A DNA stretch of 64,000 nt from Lingula anatina. Taxonomy: Eukaryota; Animalia; Brachiopoda. The stretch spans positions 24,704,934-24,768,933 of the forward strand of contig CM120645.1 in the NCBI GenBank assembly GCA_051362555.1, written 5' to 3'. The position numbers were made by a program, and so were the translations under genes. Positions 1 through 51,764 of the stretch are shown in pieces; within the stretch, counting starts at the first letter, position 1; every line of letters begins with the position of its first letter. The notes beneath the pieces were generated by a model, which did not search any database, was not told the origin of the DNA, and saw only the letters and a list, made by a program, of their open reading frames with translations.

Positions 1-2236
1 CATCTGGTCAGATTGCGTCTGAGTACATGAAACCTGCAATTAAAAAAGCAAGGGTTGTTTGAGATTTACAAAATGGAAAAGACCGTGAAAAGACTATGAT
101 GAAGAAAGAAGTTTGCCTTTTATCATCCTTAACATCTATTTCACTATTTTTAACTCATTTCTCAGTGAAAGCTTCTATATTAATAGTACTATTAGACCTA
201 ATGTCAGTACAGAGAGAAGAAAAGACCACCTGGTTCTTAGTTTGTACAATTGGGATGTTTACCACATTATATATCCAACAAAACTCAGTTGCATTCTTTG
301 ATGTGTTACTACCTAGAAATATTTGCCCAAATAAAGCTGGTTAAAAGACCTTGGTGACCTGGTGGAAATCTGACATCCCTGATCATCACTTCAGTAAGGT
401 GCAAACTTCACATTGGTACCCTTAGTTATGGCTGCTCACCCAAACAGTTTGTATTCATTTTCTTAAGAATAACAAATTCACCCCATACTTATTTTCCATG
501 TTTCAACTCAGCTGAGGATTTGTAAAGACTGCTTTTTGTTTTTCTTTCACTCTTTCACAGTCTCCTGTACATATATATATATATTTATATTTATATATAT
601 GTATGTATGTATGTCATTTTGTTTATTGAGGAAATGTACATTGTACAAGATCTTTTGACTACTGAAAGCCATTTGATACCAAATGAAAATATAACTGTGA
701 AGAAAATTGGAATAAAATGAAAGAAAACAAACAGAAAAAAAAATTGGACAAAATGCAATAATTGCTAGGGTTGTATGATTTGTCTTCTTGTAGGGGTTTG
801 GAGCATGGAAAGTATTAAAGTTTATATTATGTTGCCATGTGAAGTATGTGGTGAAGTATATAATTTAAAGTATTAAAGTTTATTTTGTGTATAATTTAAA
901 AGGAATGATATAAATGTATTAAAAGTGCTGTCAGATTTTTTCTTGCATGCTACATTTGTTGTTAAGTCCAGATTCAAGAACATATTAGAATTTGAGAAAT
1001 AAGTTTCAAGTACAAAATACTGTTTCTGACCCTCAGTTCTTCATGAAGTCTGTTTCTTGATGTACATGTACAATCTCAGTCTTAGCAGGAAACATTCTAA
1101 GCTTGCCTAACCTTTATCCAGAACTCTGTACTGATGAACATTTCCTATTACTAAACATTCTAAGATGCTAGCTTCATTTACAAGCTAAGTTTGTTGTCCT
1201 TCAGATGTTTGAAAATAACATTGCCTTGTATCTCCTCACTTTGTTCTGTTATCCTGAAGTGAAGTAGTACCTTGTAGTCTCTCTGATGTTATACGTGTCA
1301 ACTGTGACTCGCTGCCTTGAGTGTTTAACCAAACTTACTTTAATTCTGACTACAAATGTTTAGCTTTCCTAAACTGAAGTGGTAGAGACTAAATCTGCAT
1401 TCCTGTTATCCTTTTATATGGTCACTTTAACAGTTTGTAAGAACACAATGCTGTGAGTTGATATATTTACTAAAAGACATAGCCATGCAAATTTGTTCTA
1501 CTTGTCATTTTTTTTTTTTTGAGAAATGTCTTTCAGCAATTTATCAGAAAAGCACTACGTATGTATGTGAGTGTTTTTAATTATTAATAGCAGAGTTACC
1601 TAAAGAATATCCCTCAATATTAATATATTTGTATAAAATCTGATATACTAGTAGGATTTATCAGTCTACAGACCATTGTTTGATGACAATATTGTAAATG
1701 CCATGTAAGAAGCCAGGTGGTATTCATGACATAATGGCAGTCTGTATTTGTTTAGGGTTGGACCTGGAGACCATTGGGACACAGGCTGAAGACATCTTTG
1801 GAGGGAGGTCAGTGGCACAGTAGTTTGGAAGTTGAAATCATATTTATTATGGTGAAAATAAAATAGAAGTCTTTTACTAATGATGACATGTTTGTTTATA
1901 AGATGTGCATCTAGATCAGCCCACATTGCGTCACTCCCCATGAGGCTGTATTACATAAGCAGACGGGGGACATTTTATCATTCAATGAAAAAAACTTAAA
2001 ATGCTTAAAAACTTACTGTGATTTTAATCCTTGTGTTATTTTTGCATAATCTATCATATGCAGACTTAAATAATCAGTTTGCAATTGATCTTTTACATTT
2101 TATCCAACCAATAATCATATCTGTGGTTTATTTTCATCTTAAACCAGAAGTAATTTGTGATTTGGAGTAGGTTTGGCTTCAGTCATTATTCCAGTGTTAT
2201 CATATAAACAATGTGTTGTTTGTGGCCTGGTTTCAG

Positions 2237-39540
<37,304 letters not shown>

Positions 39541-41545
39541 CACTCCACAGCAGCTGTTTGGGGCGCCACCTATGTAACACTCCACAGCAGCTGTTGGGGC
39601 GCCACCTATGTAACACTCCACACCAGCTGTTTGGGGCGCCACCTATGTAACACTCCACAGCAGCTGTTTGGGGCGCCACCTATGTAACACTCCATACCAG
39701 CTGTTTGGGGCGCCACCTATGTAACACTCCATACCAGCTGTTTGAGGCGCCACCTATGTAACACTCCATACCAGCTGTTTGGGGCACCGCCTACCACAAA
39801 GATTCATTCACATGCCAATTAATTCTGGACATTTCTTAACCACCTATGCTCACTCTGTAGTTTCAACTGTGTCATATTCATTCCCTAATGTGACATAGGG
39901 GATAAATTAAACAAAACAAAAACCTTTTTATTAGTTTTTTTCCTGGGCTACAGTGGTTTAATGGACCTTATTTTATGTACATAAATTAGATGCTAGATAT
40001 ATTTAGCAAAGTTGACAATTTGTAAGATTTCAGCTGACAGTACTTTAAATATACATGTTGTTCTTTTTAAGATGTTTGCAACAAAATCTCTATATTGTAA
40101 TATTGTCAAAGTCTGTTGGAAGGAACATTGATATGACAACAGAAATGCATAGAAATTAATTATGGCAAAAATGCTCGTCTTAGTAAATGGTAATTGAGAT
40201 GATACACTTTTATTGTAACAGACAATAAATTTACTGTTCAAATGGGTGATTGTTTCATTAACTTGAAGCAGGGTGATAATTTGTATTTGGTATGGTTTCT
40301 GGGCATGTCAACATGTTATATTAAATGTGATTGCATGAGCTTAAGAGTCTGACTGATTTTCTCTCCAGATTTTGAGGGCTGACAACTTTGCACAAATAAA
40401 AGGTCATTAAGGTTAAGGGTTTTCATAAAATATTGTTTGCTTGGACAACCATCATGCTTTGGGGGTAAGTATATGCCCACATATAGATATTGGGGGTCTA
40501 GATAGTGGCATTTGTGACAGTTGTCAGTAGCATTCTGCACCCATCAGAGCATTGGATCCCACGGGAGTATTAGAACATCAACATATTTATTTAAAGGGTA
40601 AATTATCCCTGTTGCCTTGTGGGGCCACTTAAAACTTCCCTGGTTTTTGGGTCAGTTGAACTGTTTAAAGGGCTTTTCTGCTTTTGTATACTTAACAAAA
40701 AGTCTTTTTCCTATACTTGATATCCATTTGACATTCAGTTACTACTTGTTGCACATCTAAATTCACTTCCAAAAATAAGAGGTAGTCCTACTTTCAAGCA
40801 GGCTCATGTACCTTGCTGGTGGTACATAATGTAGAGGTGGTCCTCACCTCTCTGAGCATCCAGATTATCTTGTTCTGTTTTGTGTGACTGGACAACATCA
40901 ACTGTCTGCCATTTGACAAACTTTAGTTCCTATTTAGAGAGAAGACTTTTGGATAAGTAACATGGACTAAATGCTTTTACTGGTTAAGAGTTTTGTGTTT
41001 AAGTGATGAAAATTAAGTTTTATTGTGAAAGAGGCTAGTTTGAGGCTTTAAAGTACATTTGACCTCAGTACCATGTAGGTTGTTGTATCAGTACTGTCCA
41101 GAAATGGAAAAGTGTTGCACTGATTACACACTTTAGATAACACATCATGTGATTTTGAGATTTTCTTGTAGCACGTACTTTATGAAAATGTCAACTTTTG
41201 CACTGTTAACAATGTATGCAAGTGTGACAAATTCAGCCATTTAATTTTGTATAACTATTTTATATAGGTGAACATGTAATAATTCCAATTGCATTTAGGT
41301 ATACATGTAGGACAATAAAAACGACATGACCATGTATTTATTATGATGTTTGATAGAGCTAAATAAGGAAATCTAGTTCTTGGTTTGGGGAAATTTAATA
41401 GCTTGCATACTTTGACCGATTATTTTAATATATGATATATGACAGATATTAGTCATAATACAATTTATATGAATAAATCTAGATGATTTTCAAGATATTT
41501 TATCTCAAAATGTCAGTTAGTTATTTCCTGCCTACGCAGTGGCAT

Positions 41546-41662
41546 AAGCCACAAACTCTGTTAACACAATGGCTTAATTTTGCTTATAAGAAAGGAAACT
41601 ATTCATCTGTAAGCCACAAACTCTTTTAACACAATGGCTTAATTTGCTTATAAGAAAGGAAA
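41546..41662. repeat. Two-copy ~55-bp duplication with internal hairpin in the putative 3' UTR
   Basis: taagccacaaactct..acacaatggcttaattt..ataagaaaggaaa twice; taagcca/tggctta stem. Confidence 0.75.
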
Positions 41663-42186
41663 TTGGGAGGGATTTAAGGGAGTGATGAAAGGCAAATGAG
41701 TAAATTGCGTGGCGTAGAACTACCTAGACATTGATAGTAGGGTTTTATTGTAAAACGTATTTCTACAGGGAGTGTTAAGTGATGTGGAGGAGGGGGTGGG
41801 GAGGGACGGGGGGTGGGGAGGGACGCGAATTCTACCTTTTTGAAACCTACAGTGACATAAAGTGATAAATCTAGCTTTTTGTATAATAATGCAAATATTT
41901 CCGAGTCACACCTTGTTTGCATGGCAAGTTTTCGTATTCAATAAAGAAGGTTTTTTTTAAAAAAAAAAAAACAACTCTTTTGGATAATATAAATACCAAC
42001 AAAAATCAGACCGCGAGAGATGCACATTTATTTTATTAACACATTTTGTCCACAACCTCAAGTATTTTTTTTTTTTTTACAATGCCTGGTTACGAAGGTT
42101 TTGCAAATTACTTTCTATGAGAAAAGTTTTGTCGTGTTTCGTCTAAAACAAATGACTGTCCTGTCACCATATAGTCTAGCTAATCA

Positions 42187-44851
42187 TAGTCCGGTGGCTT
42201 AAGGAAAAAATCGTGACACGGCGGATAAAAGCACCAAATTTTGCATGTGGGTACCTTTTGACATTCTAAACCAAATTAGAGCCGTAGCCCACGGAAAAAA
42301 TTTACCGTTTGGCCAAAAAATCCAAAATGGCCGCCAATTTATTGAATTCTTTAGAAATATGTACATACCTATGTTGATTTTTATCAAATAAATTATTTTC
42401 TCAGAGTTTTCCACACCCTTATTACCCATTTTATTCATATATGTCAGATAACAAACAAGTTCCCTTGGACTTTTTGAAAAAATCCAAGATGGCTGTCATT
42501 TGCCATAGAAACAGCCATAGGAATACTAGTGCACAACTATTACCAGCTAGAACGATACGTTGTCCACTATCAAATTAAGTCTGTTTCTCAGATCTTTGTT
42601 ACCCACATAATATGTTTGTGGTGAGTAACTACGAAGTGTTCTTGGGCATTTTGGAAAATCCAAGATGGCTGCCATGTGCCACAGGAATTCTAGTATACGG
42701 GGGATTCAACTAATGGCAACTGGAAAGATTAGTTTTTCACTATCAAATTAAGCTGGTTTCTGAGTGTTTTCTACATCCTTTGTACCCACACAATATGTAT
42801 GTGGTTAGTAACTAACAGTATTCTTGGGCATTTTGAGAAAATCCAAGATGGCCATCATATGTAATAGGAATACTTCTAGTATTACAAAGGGTTGGAACTA
42901 ATGCCAGCTAATTCACTATCAAATTCAGTTTATTTTTTTAGTGTTTTACACATTATTATTACACTGTGATACATATCTAGCAGGTAATAAATGTGCACAT
43001 TTGATCATTTTGAGAAAACCCAAGATGGCCGTCACTGGCCATAGGAATTACAACTGCACATCCATGGCTTTTCATCTACTACCAGGGTGAATTTGTGTTT
43101 GCTTATCAAGTTTTGCCCATCCTTATTAGTCCTATGATATATATCTGGTGGGTAAATAGTGTGCATCCTTGGATCTGAGAAAAAGATACCTACAATTTAA
43201 CATAGGAATACTAATGGGTGGGTTTCAATTGCTGCTAGAGAGGCATATGGTTCATTATACAATTACATTTCCATGGGTTTGTTTTAAAAATAATTTATGT
43301 TTTTCATTCCATTTATTATTACCCCTATGATGTATACCTGGTCTGTAGCATGTGTGTATCTTTGGGTATTCTGAAAAAATTCAAGATGTCTGCCTTTTGT
43401 CATTAGAATATTCGAAAACATAATCAAATAATGCTAGAGATACACTGAGTACGATTTAAATGTAGTTAACTTTGGGTCGTTTTTAAATGTTTTTCATATC
43501 CTATTTATCCTTATGAAAGACTCTGTGTGTTTTGAAAGTGTATGTATCCTTGAGTATTATTCGGAGAAAACCCAAGATAGCTGCCAGTTGTCATAGGAAT
43601 ATATCATTCAAATGCACATAGGTGTCAATTAATAGAACAGTTCAAATAAAGCCGTTTGATGTTTAAACATGTTGACATCCTTATTAACCTTACTCTTTAT
43701 AAATCTGGTGTGTAGCAAGTGTGCATCTTGCGTATTGGAGAAAATTCAAGATTGCTGCAATTCACAATAGCCAGAGAAACATTGGGTTCAATATAAATCC
43801 AACTACTGCCAGAGAAACATTGGGTTCAATATAAAATGAATTTTGTTTCTCGGTATTTCCCACATTCTTTTTGGACTTTTAGATATCTATCTGGTGGGTA
43901 ACAAGTGTATACCCTTAAGTATTTTGAAAAAATATCATGATTACCCTCATTTGCCTTAGAAGTGCCTATAAAATCTAATGCACCAGTTTTCCTATGAGGA
44001 AAAGAAGGCCATCTTGGATTTCCCCAAAATGATAAAATATGGACATTAATTACCTAACAGATATGTGTCATGGGATAATAATACTAAAAAAAAAACAGAA
44101 TAACAACTGAATTCAGCTTCATTTTATTTGTAAGCCTATCTCTCGCAGGTATTAACTGAACCCCACCTTCTACGGCTAATGGCAGCCATTTTGTTTTGTT
44201 TTGTTTTCAAAAAGGATACACATAACATTCTCATCACATATGTATTATGTTAATTAAAAAGATGTGGAAAATACTCAGAAACAAACCTAATTTAACAATT
44301 AATATTATATCTCCATGGCAGAAGAAGCCCTATGTGTATACTAGTATTCCTTTGATATGGGGGCCATCTTGGATTTTTCTCGAATTGCCTATGAATAAAG
44401 GTTAGTTACTCCCCACAAATATATTATTTGTGTAATAAGAAACAAAATTAATTAGATAGTGGGCAATGCATCTTCCTAGTTGGCATTAGTTAGTTGAAAA
44501 CCCTTGTACATGTTCTAGTATTCCTATGCCATACGGCGGCCATCTTGGATTTTTCAATAAGTCCAAGGACACTAGTTTGTTATCTGACACATATGCATAA
44601 TATGGGTAATAAGGATGTGGAAAACATTGAGAAAATACTTAATTTGATAAAAATCAACATACTGTATATATTTCTACAAAATTTCACAAATTGGCGGCCA
44701 TTTTGGATTTTTTGGCCAAACGGTAAATTTTTTCCGTGGGCTACGGCTCTAATTTGATTTAGTATGTCAAAAGGTACCCACATGCAAAATTTGGTGCTTT
44801 TATCCGCTGTGTCACGATTTGGCCATTTTTTTGCCCTAAGCAACCGGACTA
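42187..44851. mobile_element. 2.7-kb foldback non-autonomous DNA transposon (possibly Academ-type)
   Basis: TAGTCCGG..CCGGACTA termini, TCA flanking duplication, several hundred bp of near-identical inverted arms, internal ~178-bp subrepeats. Confidence 0.85.
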
Positions 44852-46349
44852 TCATGAATGTAACTGAATTGAATATTCTTTATATGGCTAAAATAATACG
44901 AAAACTCCAAACAATTGCGACAAAAGACGTCACGGTTTTTTTTCTTCAATTTTTAAAAGCCATGTGACACCGCGAACATAGCCGCAATCTATTTATTGCG
45001 TTATTTACAACAAACATAAACAGACATTTTCTGTGACGCTAGATATCATACTCGCTTCCTGATAGAAATAAACTAAATCGATCAGAGAATGTGAGGTGGT
45101 GCTGTGAGCAACAGTCACGATGGTTTAAATTTTAGTCCGTTTATGCTTTTTGTGTCATAATAGATGGATCTAGTTCTTTTTTGCCGTGATTTAAGCTGTT
45201 TAAGACTGATGTAATTAAATTTTCACTTGGACAAACAATTCTTTCTCTCGTTAAGTCTTTATGGGTTTTTTAATGGAAAATGGATCTATATATTGAGAAT
45301 CAGTTAGTATTCTCGGGGCAGACTAGGCAAGACCCGAGTTTTAATTTCAAGCCAGGTCGAGACAAAGACCACCTCACTGAGAAAACACACAAATGGAGCT
45401 GTTGAGTGACTATAGCCATGAAACAATAACATAATAGGCAATTAACCTGTTTGCCACTAAGATTGTATGCTCGCCAGGATGATGTGAAAGGATGCCAGCG
45501 GCTACTGAGACTTATAACGATGTTATATGTATAACGCCTATTAATAAGTGTAGATCTCAGCTGAGGTTTGAGGGGATGAAGTAAACGGATAAATGGGAAA
45601 ACTTCCATTTTGATTTTTATATTTTCTCTTATTTATGATTATATCCGTCTTTAATTTCTCTACTCGTGCTACTGGCATCAGAGCACTGATAACCCGCGGC
45701 CATGAAGGGAGGCGTCTGATGCTTATTATGACCTACATCAGCACACGTTTTATATACAAAAATATTCATTCGTTCAACTGCTTGAATAAGTTAATCAAGA
45801 TTTTTCATTTGACCCACTACTGCTTTCCTTCGATTCGTTAAATCACGATAACTTGTTTTTCATTTCTCAGAATACCAAGTCAGTTGGTTCCAATGTGTTT
45901 GAGAGTACTGAGGTGACTGTACATGTTAAGTCCAGTGTGTTTTCAATTGACTCACTGAAATTCACCACAGTGAAAAAAAAAACAACCATGCCCCTTCAGG
46001 CTGCCTAAAAATGCAGTCATCCTACGCCCTATTACATAATCCACATTTTGGATAAGTGTTCAAATACGCGCTCACGATAGTGGCCAGCGAGAAGTTCACA
46101 GCTACCAGTTTAACTTACATCGTGCCTATCACAATTTTGGGGAAAAGGAACATGTATATGTTTTTCAGAAATTGTCATCAAATTTGACTGTACATTTCGA
46201 AGTCATTGCTTAGTACTTATTACTCTTATTATAAAATAAAATGATAAACAGAATAATTAAAATAGAAAATAACATGTATGTGTTAATAAGATATTATAAT
46301 CAAATTAGCGCACCTCTATCAAACGCCATCCCCTTCGAACAAGTTGACC

Positions 46350-46431
46350 ATTGGTGACAACAGGAACGCCACCATGTGACTATGTATCACTGAAGGTATA
46401 AAAGCGCGGAATTTTGAAAGTGCGTTCATTC
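46350..46431 (+). promoter_or_regulatory. Candidate Pol II core promoter (reverse CCAAT, E-box, TATA, Inr)
   Basis: ATTGG at 46350 (-78), CATGTGAC at ~46373, TATAAAAG at 46397 (-31), TCATTC Inr with A+1 at 46428; CpG-rich downstream. Confidence 0.55.
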
Positions 46432-46944
46432 AACAGCGGGCAGATGTAGAGCAACAGAAAGGATGACATGTGCTGCGTCCCATATCAAGCAAAAAGGACA
46501 CGGGAGTTAACTCGCATTTTTCCGAAGCTTTCCCTCATCATTCGTCAACGCATCTTTCATCGACATTATGATTCTTGCACACGCAGACGTCTGGACGGTG
46601 GATTCGACGTTTCTCTAAGCTGGCCAGCTAAAACCTTCGCTTCTCCGCACGAGGAATCGTCGCTCAGGAATCTTCGCAGGATACATCATCGGCTTTCTGC
46701 TGGTCTAGGCTCTATTGTTGTAGTGTCATTGCATTATTCCCACGCGTTCCAGGTTTCTTCTTATTACAGGTCCAGGAAGCAGACTGCAGAGGGCTGACAT
46801 AGGTAGGGAAAACTCATTTATCCGTTTTTCTTTCTGCTTACAGAACTCTATTATGGTGATTCTAGATAGAGCTCCCACTGACATCTGCAAGGAGAAGAGG
46901 GCCACACCTACACTTTAGATATTACCATCAATCCTTGGTGCCAA

Positions 46945-47048
46945 CGAGTCCTGTCATGGTCTGCCTACAAGGTGGCTGCATTGGGGAAGCGTCCAGCGAG
47001 TCCTGCCATGGTCTGCCTACAAGGTGGCTGCATTGGGGAAGCGTCCAA
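46945..47048. repeat. 52-bp tandem duplication inside a degenerate dispersed repeat (relative at ~48240-48370)
   Basis: cgagtcctg.catggtctgcctacaaggtggctgcattggggaagcgtcca twice. Confidence 0.8.
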
Positions 47049-47255
47049 GGTATATGGTGTTTCAATGAGATGGAAAACCCTCAGAGGTAACCCGTGTTAT
47101 TGGCGAGAGAAATAGACTAAAATATTTTTCATTTGCGGTCTGCCCCATAAGTTTTTCACTTTACTGGGCATTCGGTCTTCAACTTTCCTAGAGTCTTCTG
47201 GTCTGAATCAGGATCCAGTGGTCCGAATACAAACTTCAATAAAACTGGACTTGCA

Positions 47256-47292
<37 letters not shown>

Positions 47293-48957
47293 AACACTTT
47301 GACATATTTTTAGAAACATGAAGTAACAGATACATTAAAACTTGAATAAAATCAAAAGTTCTTTTGAAAACTTATGAAAAAATCTAATGGTTACAACACT
47401 AAATTCACACACTGTGAAAAATCTATTTGTCCAGGCAATCATTGGTATGTCACAGTCATTGATTGCACAGAAATGGGGATATTGATAAAAAGACTTGGTA
47501 ATTCAATAAACAAGTGTTACCGTTTTAGAGAACAAAAGAAAAGGAGATGAGATCCTGGAAAATTCCAACGTGAAAACAAAGCTGCTGGACAGCAAGAAGT
47601 CGGTGACCTGATAGTGCTGGGTTTGCCTTGGAAGAGACGCCGACTTGAAGGCCTACTTCTCACTGATTGGTGAAGCCGTCATGTCACAGGTACAGTACTC
47701 ATTGCTGCAGATATGCGCTTCATAAAAGAAATCAAAGCTAGTCTATAATGGATAAAATTGGAGCAGTCCAGAGTTATAACTGTAAAGTCAGATTGATAGA
47801 AAACAAGCATAATTCTTTTAAAAACTTTTATTTATGCTAAAAAGTTTATTTATATTTTGAGGTGAATGAGGTTGATAAGTTTGAAGCCCGAGACACTTTC
47901 ATGAGGCAGCCCACTGTCACTCTAAACGAATTACTTCTATCCTTGACAACCAATCTCATTTTCATTTCAAAGTTCTGGTAGATAGTATTAAAGAGCTCTT
48001 AGCCATGCACTGTTATGAAACAGTCTACTGTCATAACAACAATTATTTCACTCGTCCATTCACCACACTTTTGGGATAAACCACTTTTCAGAGTCGGTAC
48101 ATTTGGGAGGGGGGAGGTAAAGGCAAAAGCTAATGCTATGTTTCCTTTATATTAACAGGATTGGATTATAGCAAAGCCTGATAGAGGTCCCACTTTTCGT
48201 AAGAAGTGCAAAACGAGTGGCAAATGTAATCCTTTCAATCAATCCTTGGGTGGTGATTCCTGCCATGGTCTTTATAAGATGGCTGCCTGGGGGAACATAA
48301 GAAGCATGCGGTGTTTCACTGAAATGGAAACCTTCCAAGCCGTAAAAGGTAAATCATGTTATTGGGGAGAATAATACACTAAGGGCATCTTTCTTACCTT
48401 ACTTAACTTTTGAGATAAAGCCCTTAGCCACATAAATTTTACAGCTGAACTTCACAAGGCAGTGTACATTTCCCGTGACCCACTTTATAAGGTTAGTGGG
48501 TTGGTGGGGGGGAAGAGGTAAAGAGGGAAACTAATGTCTTCTAAATTTCTGTGTTGAAGGTGAGACAGATAGCATTGGCGAGCGCCTGGCCTGATGATGG
48601 TCCACTTTCACGAGGTAAAAATGGAGAAAGCGATATCAACATATGGGATTTCAAGAGTCCTTGCCTAGCTGTGATACCATTGGGATTAAGGCCCTTCGAG
48701 GTAAGTTATTGGCCAGGGTAGGGGTGAACAATGAACTAAATTATCATTCATTTTCTGAAAATTCTAAATCTTTTGTCGATGCAAATTCAACAAACTGGAC
48801 ATTTTGTGCAAGGCCTTGGACAAAATTGCTGTAAATTACTGTTTGGAAACTGTTGTCTAGTCACTAAATGTAGACATTTGTTTTCTATTTACAATTTACT
48901 CAAGGAAATTCATATAGCAGACATTTTTTAATTTGTCACAAACATTAAAAAACTATG

Positions 48958-48958
48958 C

Positions 48959-48999
<41 letters not shown>
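48958..48999. repeat. (AAT)n microsatellite (a (TTA)n tract also lies at ~47258-47290)
   Basis: Direct reading. Confidence 0.95.
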
Positions 49000-49000
<1 letters not shown>

Positions 49001-51764
49001 TTTAGTGGATCTTTTAATTTGTCACAAACTTGCAAAAAAAAATCACTCATGCAAAATATTTTTACATGCTATCGGCCAAACTTTCATATCTTCCTTTATT
49101 CCTCCTATTCACAAGTCATGCTTTTTGTAGAATCTTAGCACTCTCCTAAATCATGTGTTTTTCTTGTGTTTTGGAAGTAGGATAAAATAAAATAGAATTC
49201 TTTGTGTATTATTTCGTTTCTTATAAAGACGATGATCGGAAACAATATTCTACTCAACTCGCAGAATAAATCTTAGAGCAAAACGTGCTCATCACATTCT
49301 TCAACTTGTTTTCACCGATAGCTAAGTGTCTAAATTAAACTGTTAAATTATTCATTTATATTTTCCTATCCTATACTATGTGTGCAAACAGTAGAATAAG
49401 AAGTAGCATAGACGGCCAACACGGTTACCATGTAACATAACAAACATAAATAAACTATTAGTTTATTATTTTATGGTACGTGTTCACTAGAGCAACATTT
49501 TTTCTTTCCTTTTTTTTATTAAACTTTTTTAAATGAAATTTTTGAAAGCTGCTATTTAGTCTAAAAATTCACACTTTTTAAATAAAAGAAGCGCGTTTAA
49601 ACTCTGCTCTGATCATGTTAAGAAAAAAATCTTCTGAAACGCCAAAATACCGAAGTGTTAACGGTGTGTAAATACCAGTGACATTCATGTTTTCTGTTGC
49701 AATTACTGCAAGCTTTTCATACTTTGTGTGAACACATTACATTTCATTTGTAGGCCACGGAGGTGCAGTTTTCCAGAAATGATGCCCGAACGCAGACACC
49801 AACAATCCTAGCCCAAATGTCCAAGATGTGAAACACTTAATGGCGCTAACAACGAGCCCCTTTTGCCACTTCCATTGATGATCGGTCGTCCTTGGCAGTC
49901 TTGGTTTTTAAAGACAGTTTGTCTGCGAAAAAACTTTAAGGAATGTGGAATGGTAATGAAGAGCGATATTCTGAATGTAAAAGGAATACAATCTAATAAT
50001 GTAGTCAAGTCTATATTGAGAATTTTTGCGGTTCATGGGACACAGATATGGGTCTGGTGTAATTGCATTTAGTAAGTTTTAATTTTTCACTTAAGACAGT
50101 GCACCATTTTATTTCAATAGCTTAAGAGAAACTGAAGTTCGGGATGATCATTCATAATTCCATAAATGATCAGTTGAATAGGATGAATTGTGGTTCTGTG
50201 TGAAAATTTTGAGTCTGCCTCTATAGTCATATTTTAAAAAATAAAATTGAATATCCAGATGATTTATCCACATTCTAAATGCAGATAGATTTTCGCTCAC
50301 AAAAACATTACCACATAGGCATTACCACCACTTATGGTCGTCTGTTTTATTTCAATCCTAGTGATGTAGTTATTTTTCAAATTTGTGCTTTTGATGATGT
50401 GGAGTTGTTTGTCAGTATAGCTTTTGAGAAGATCATAACTCGCACATTAACCATATCTAACAACCCTCACAAATTTGTAAAATCCGACTTGATGTAAATG
50501 CTTTTACATGAAGAGGCTTTACATTGATAGCTTGTGCAAAATCTGTAATGAAATATTTTACGTTGCAGAAAATATTTCATTGTTTTTGCACAGTCTGCTC
50601 CTCGTGTGGGATGGCTGGGTGCACACGGTCATCTCTCAAGATAGAGGATCGCAATTTACTTATATTACTAATGTTATGATTTTCTCAAGTGTTATAGTTG
50701 ACAGATATATCCAATTCATTAAATATGCACCCTGTTCTCCGGATAAAAAAATTCCTATTGAAATTTACATGGACGGTCATACAGTGAAATGTGAGATCTG
50801 AAATATTTCAAAGCAAGCTTGCTTTATTCTTGACTTGTATCATACAGGTAGTTGCGATTTCAGGGAAACTTCTATTTTAAATTGAGTTATATGTCAAAGT
50901 TTAGTTTAAACCATTGAGGTGCTCGAGTTGTAGTCATATAACCTGAATCTGTGTATGTATTTTTATACTTGGAACTTGAATAAAGTTTTGATGGATACTT
51001 TCACTTGTAAAAGGATTGAGTCACTTTATTTTTGTCGTCATCTCCTTAGATAAAGTTGAAGTTAGTCTAGGTTTAATCAAGGAGTTACAACAGAACTTCT
51101 TGGTTTAATTATGTTAAGACTGTAGTAAATACGTCTTAATTGCCTTCAGTACCTTTTTCTGTAGGAATTGGTAAATTCTTGTGCTTCATAATGTGTACCA
51201 GTATAGTGTCTATAGAGAATGGTTTGTACTCACAAACTTGCACCATGTTGTCTAAAACCGGACGATATTCTTAAACTTTAAGGCCCAGTGCCAATAAAAA
51301 CAAAGCTGGAGTTATAATGTTATAAAGGCTGAAGTATCCGGGCGTGGGCACTTTCCCGGCATTCCCCACGAAGCGTTTAGACGGGTAATTGCCCACGACC
51401 CGCAGGCATCGGGTACCAGCTTCCGGCCACAAGACCAGCATTAACGGACTGTTTGCGTTTTGATGTTAGATGATTGGGACATAAATGGAAAATCTTTTAA
51501 TAATACTACCATTCGTTGATTCATTGCGTTTACGCAATTAATTAGTGATTGCAAAGTGCTTTTGAAATTGAATGTTACTGTTTAAAATTGCACATAAAAT
51601 TTGAATAAAAATTATACTCTATAATTTTTCTTTTTCTTAAAAAAAAAAAAAAAAAACCGAAGGCCTGTACAGACTTGCAAATTAATTTTAATGGAGTCGC
51701 AATGCATCTGCACGAGGCTCGTTTAATCATCAGTCGAAATTATCTTCTTTTCAACTGCCCCATA

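Noticed and set aside
1-2236. Additional upstream ITPR exon
   Set aside because: No recognisable IP3R peptide with flanking splice sites; treated as intron, although a short divergent exon cannot be excluded.
42199-44967. Mirror-image ORFs (NWRPFWIFWPNGKFFPWATALI) on both strands
   Set aside because: Consequence of the inverted arms of the foldback element; no coding signal.
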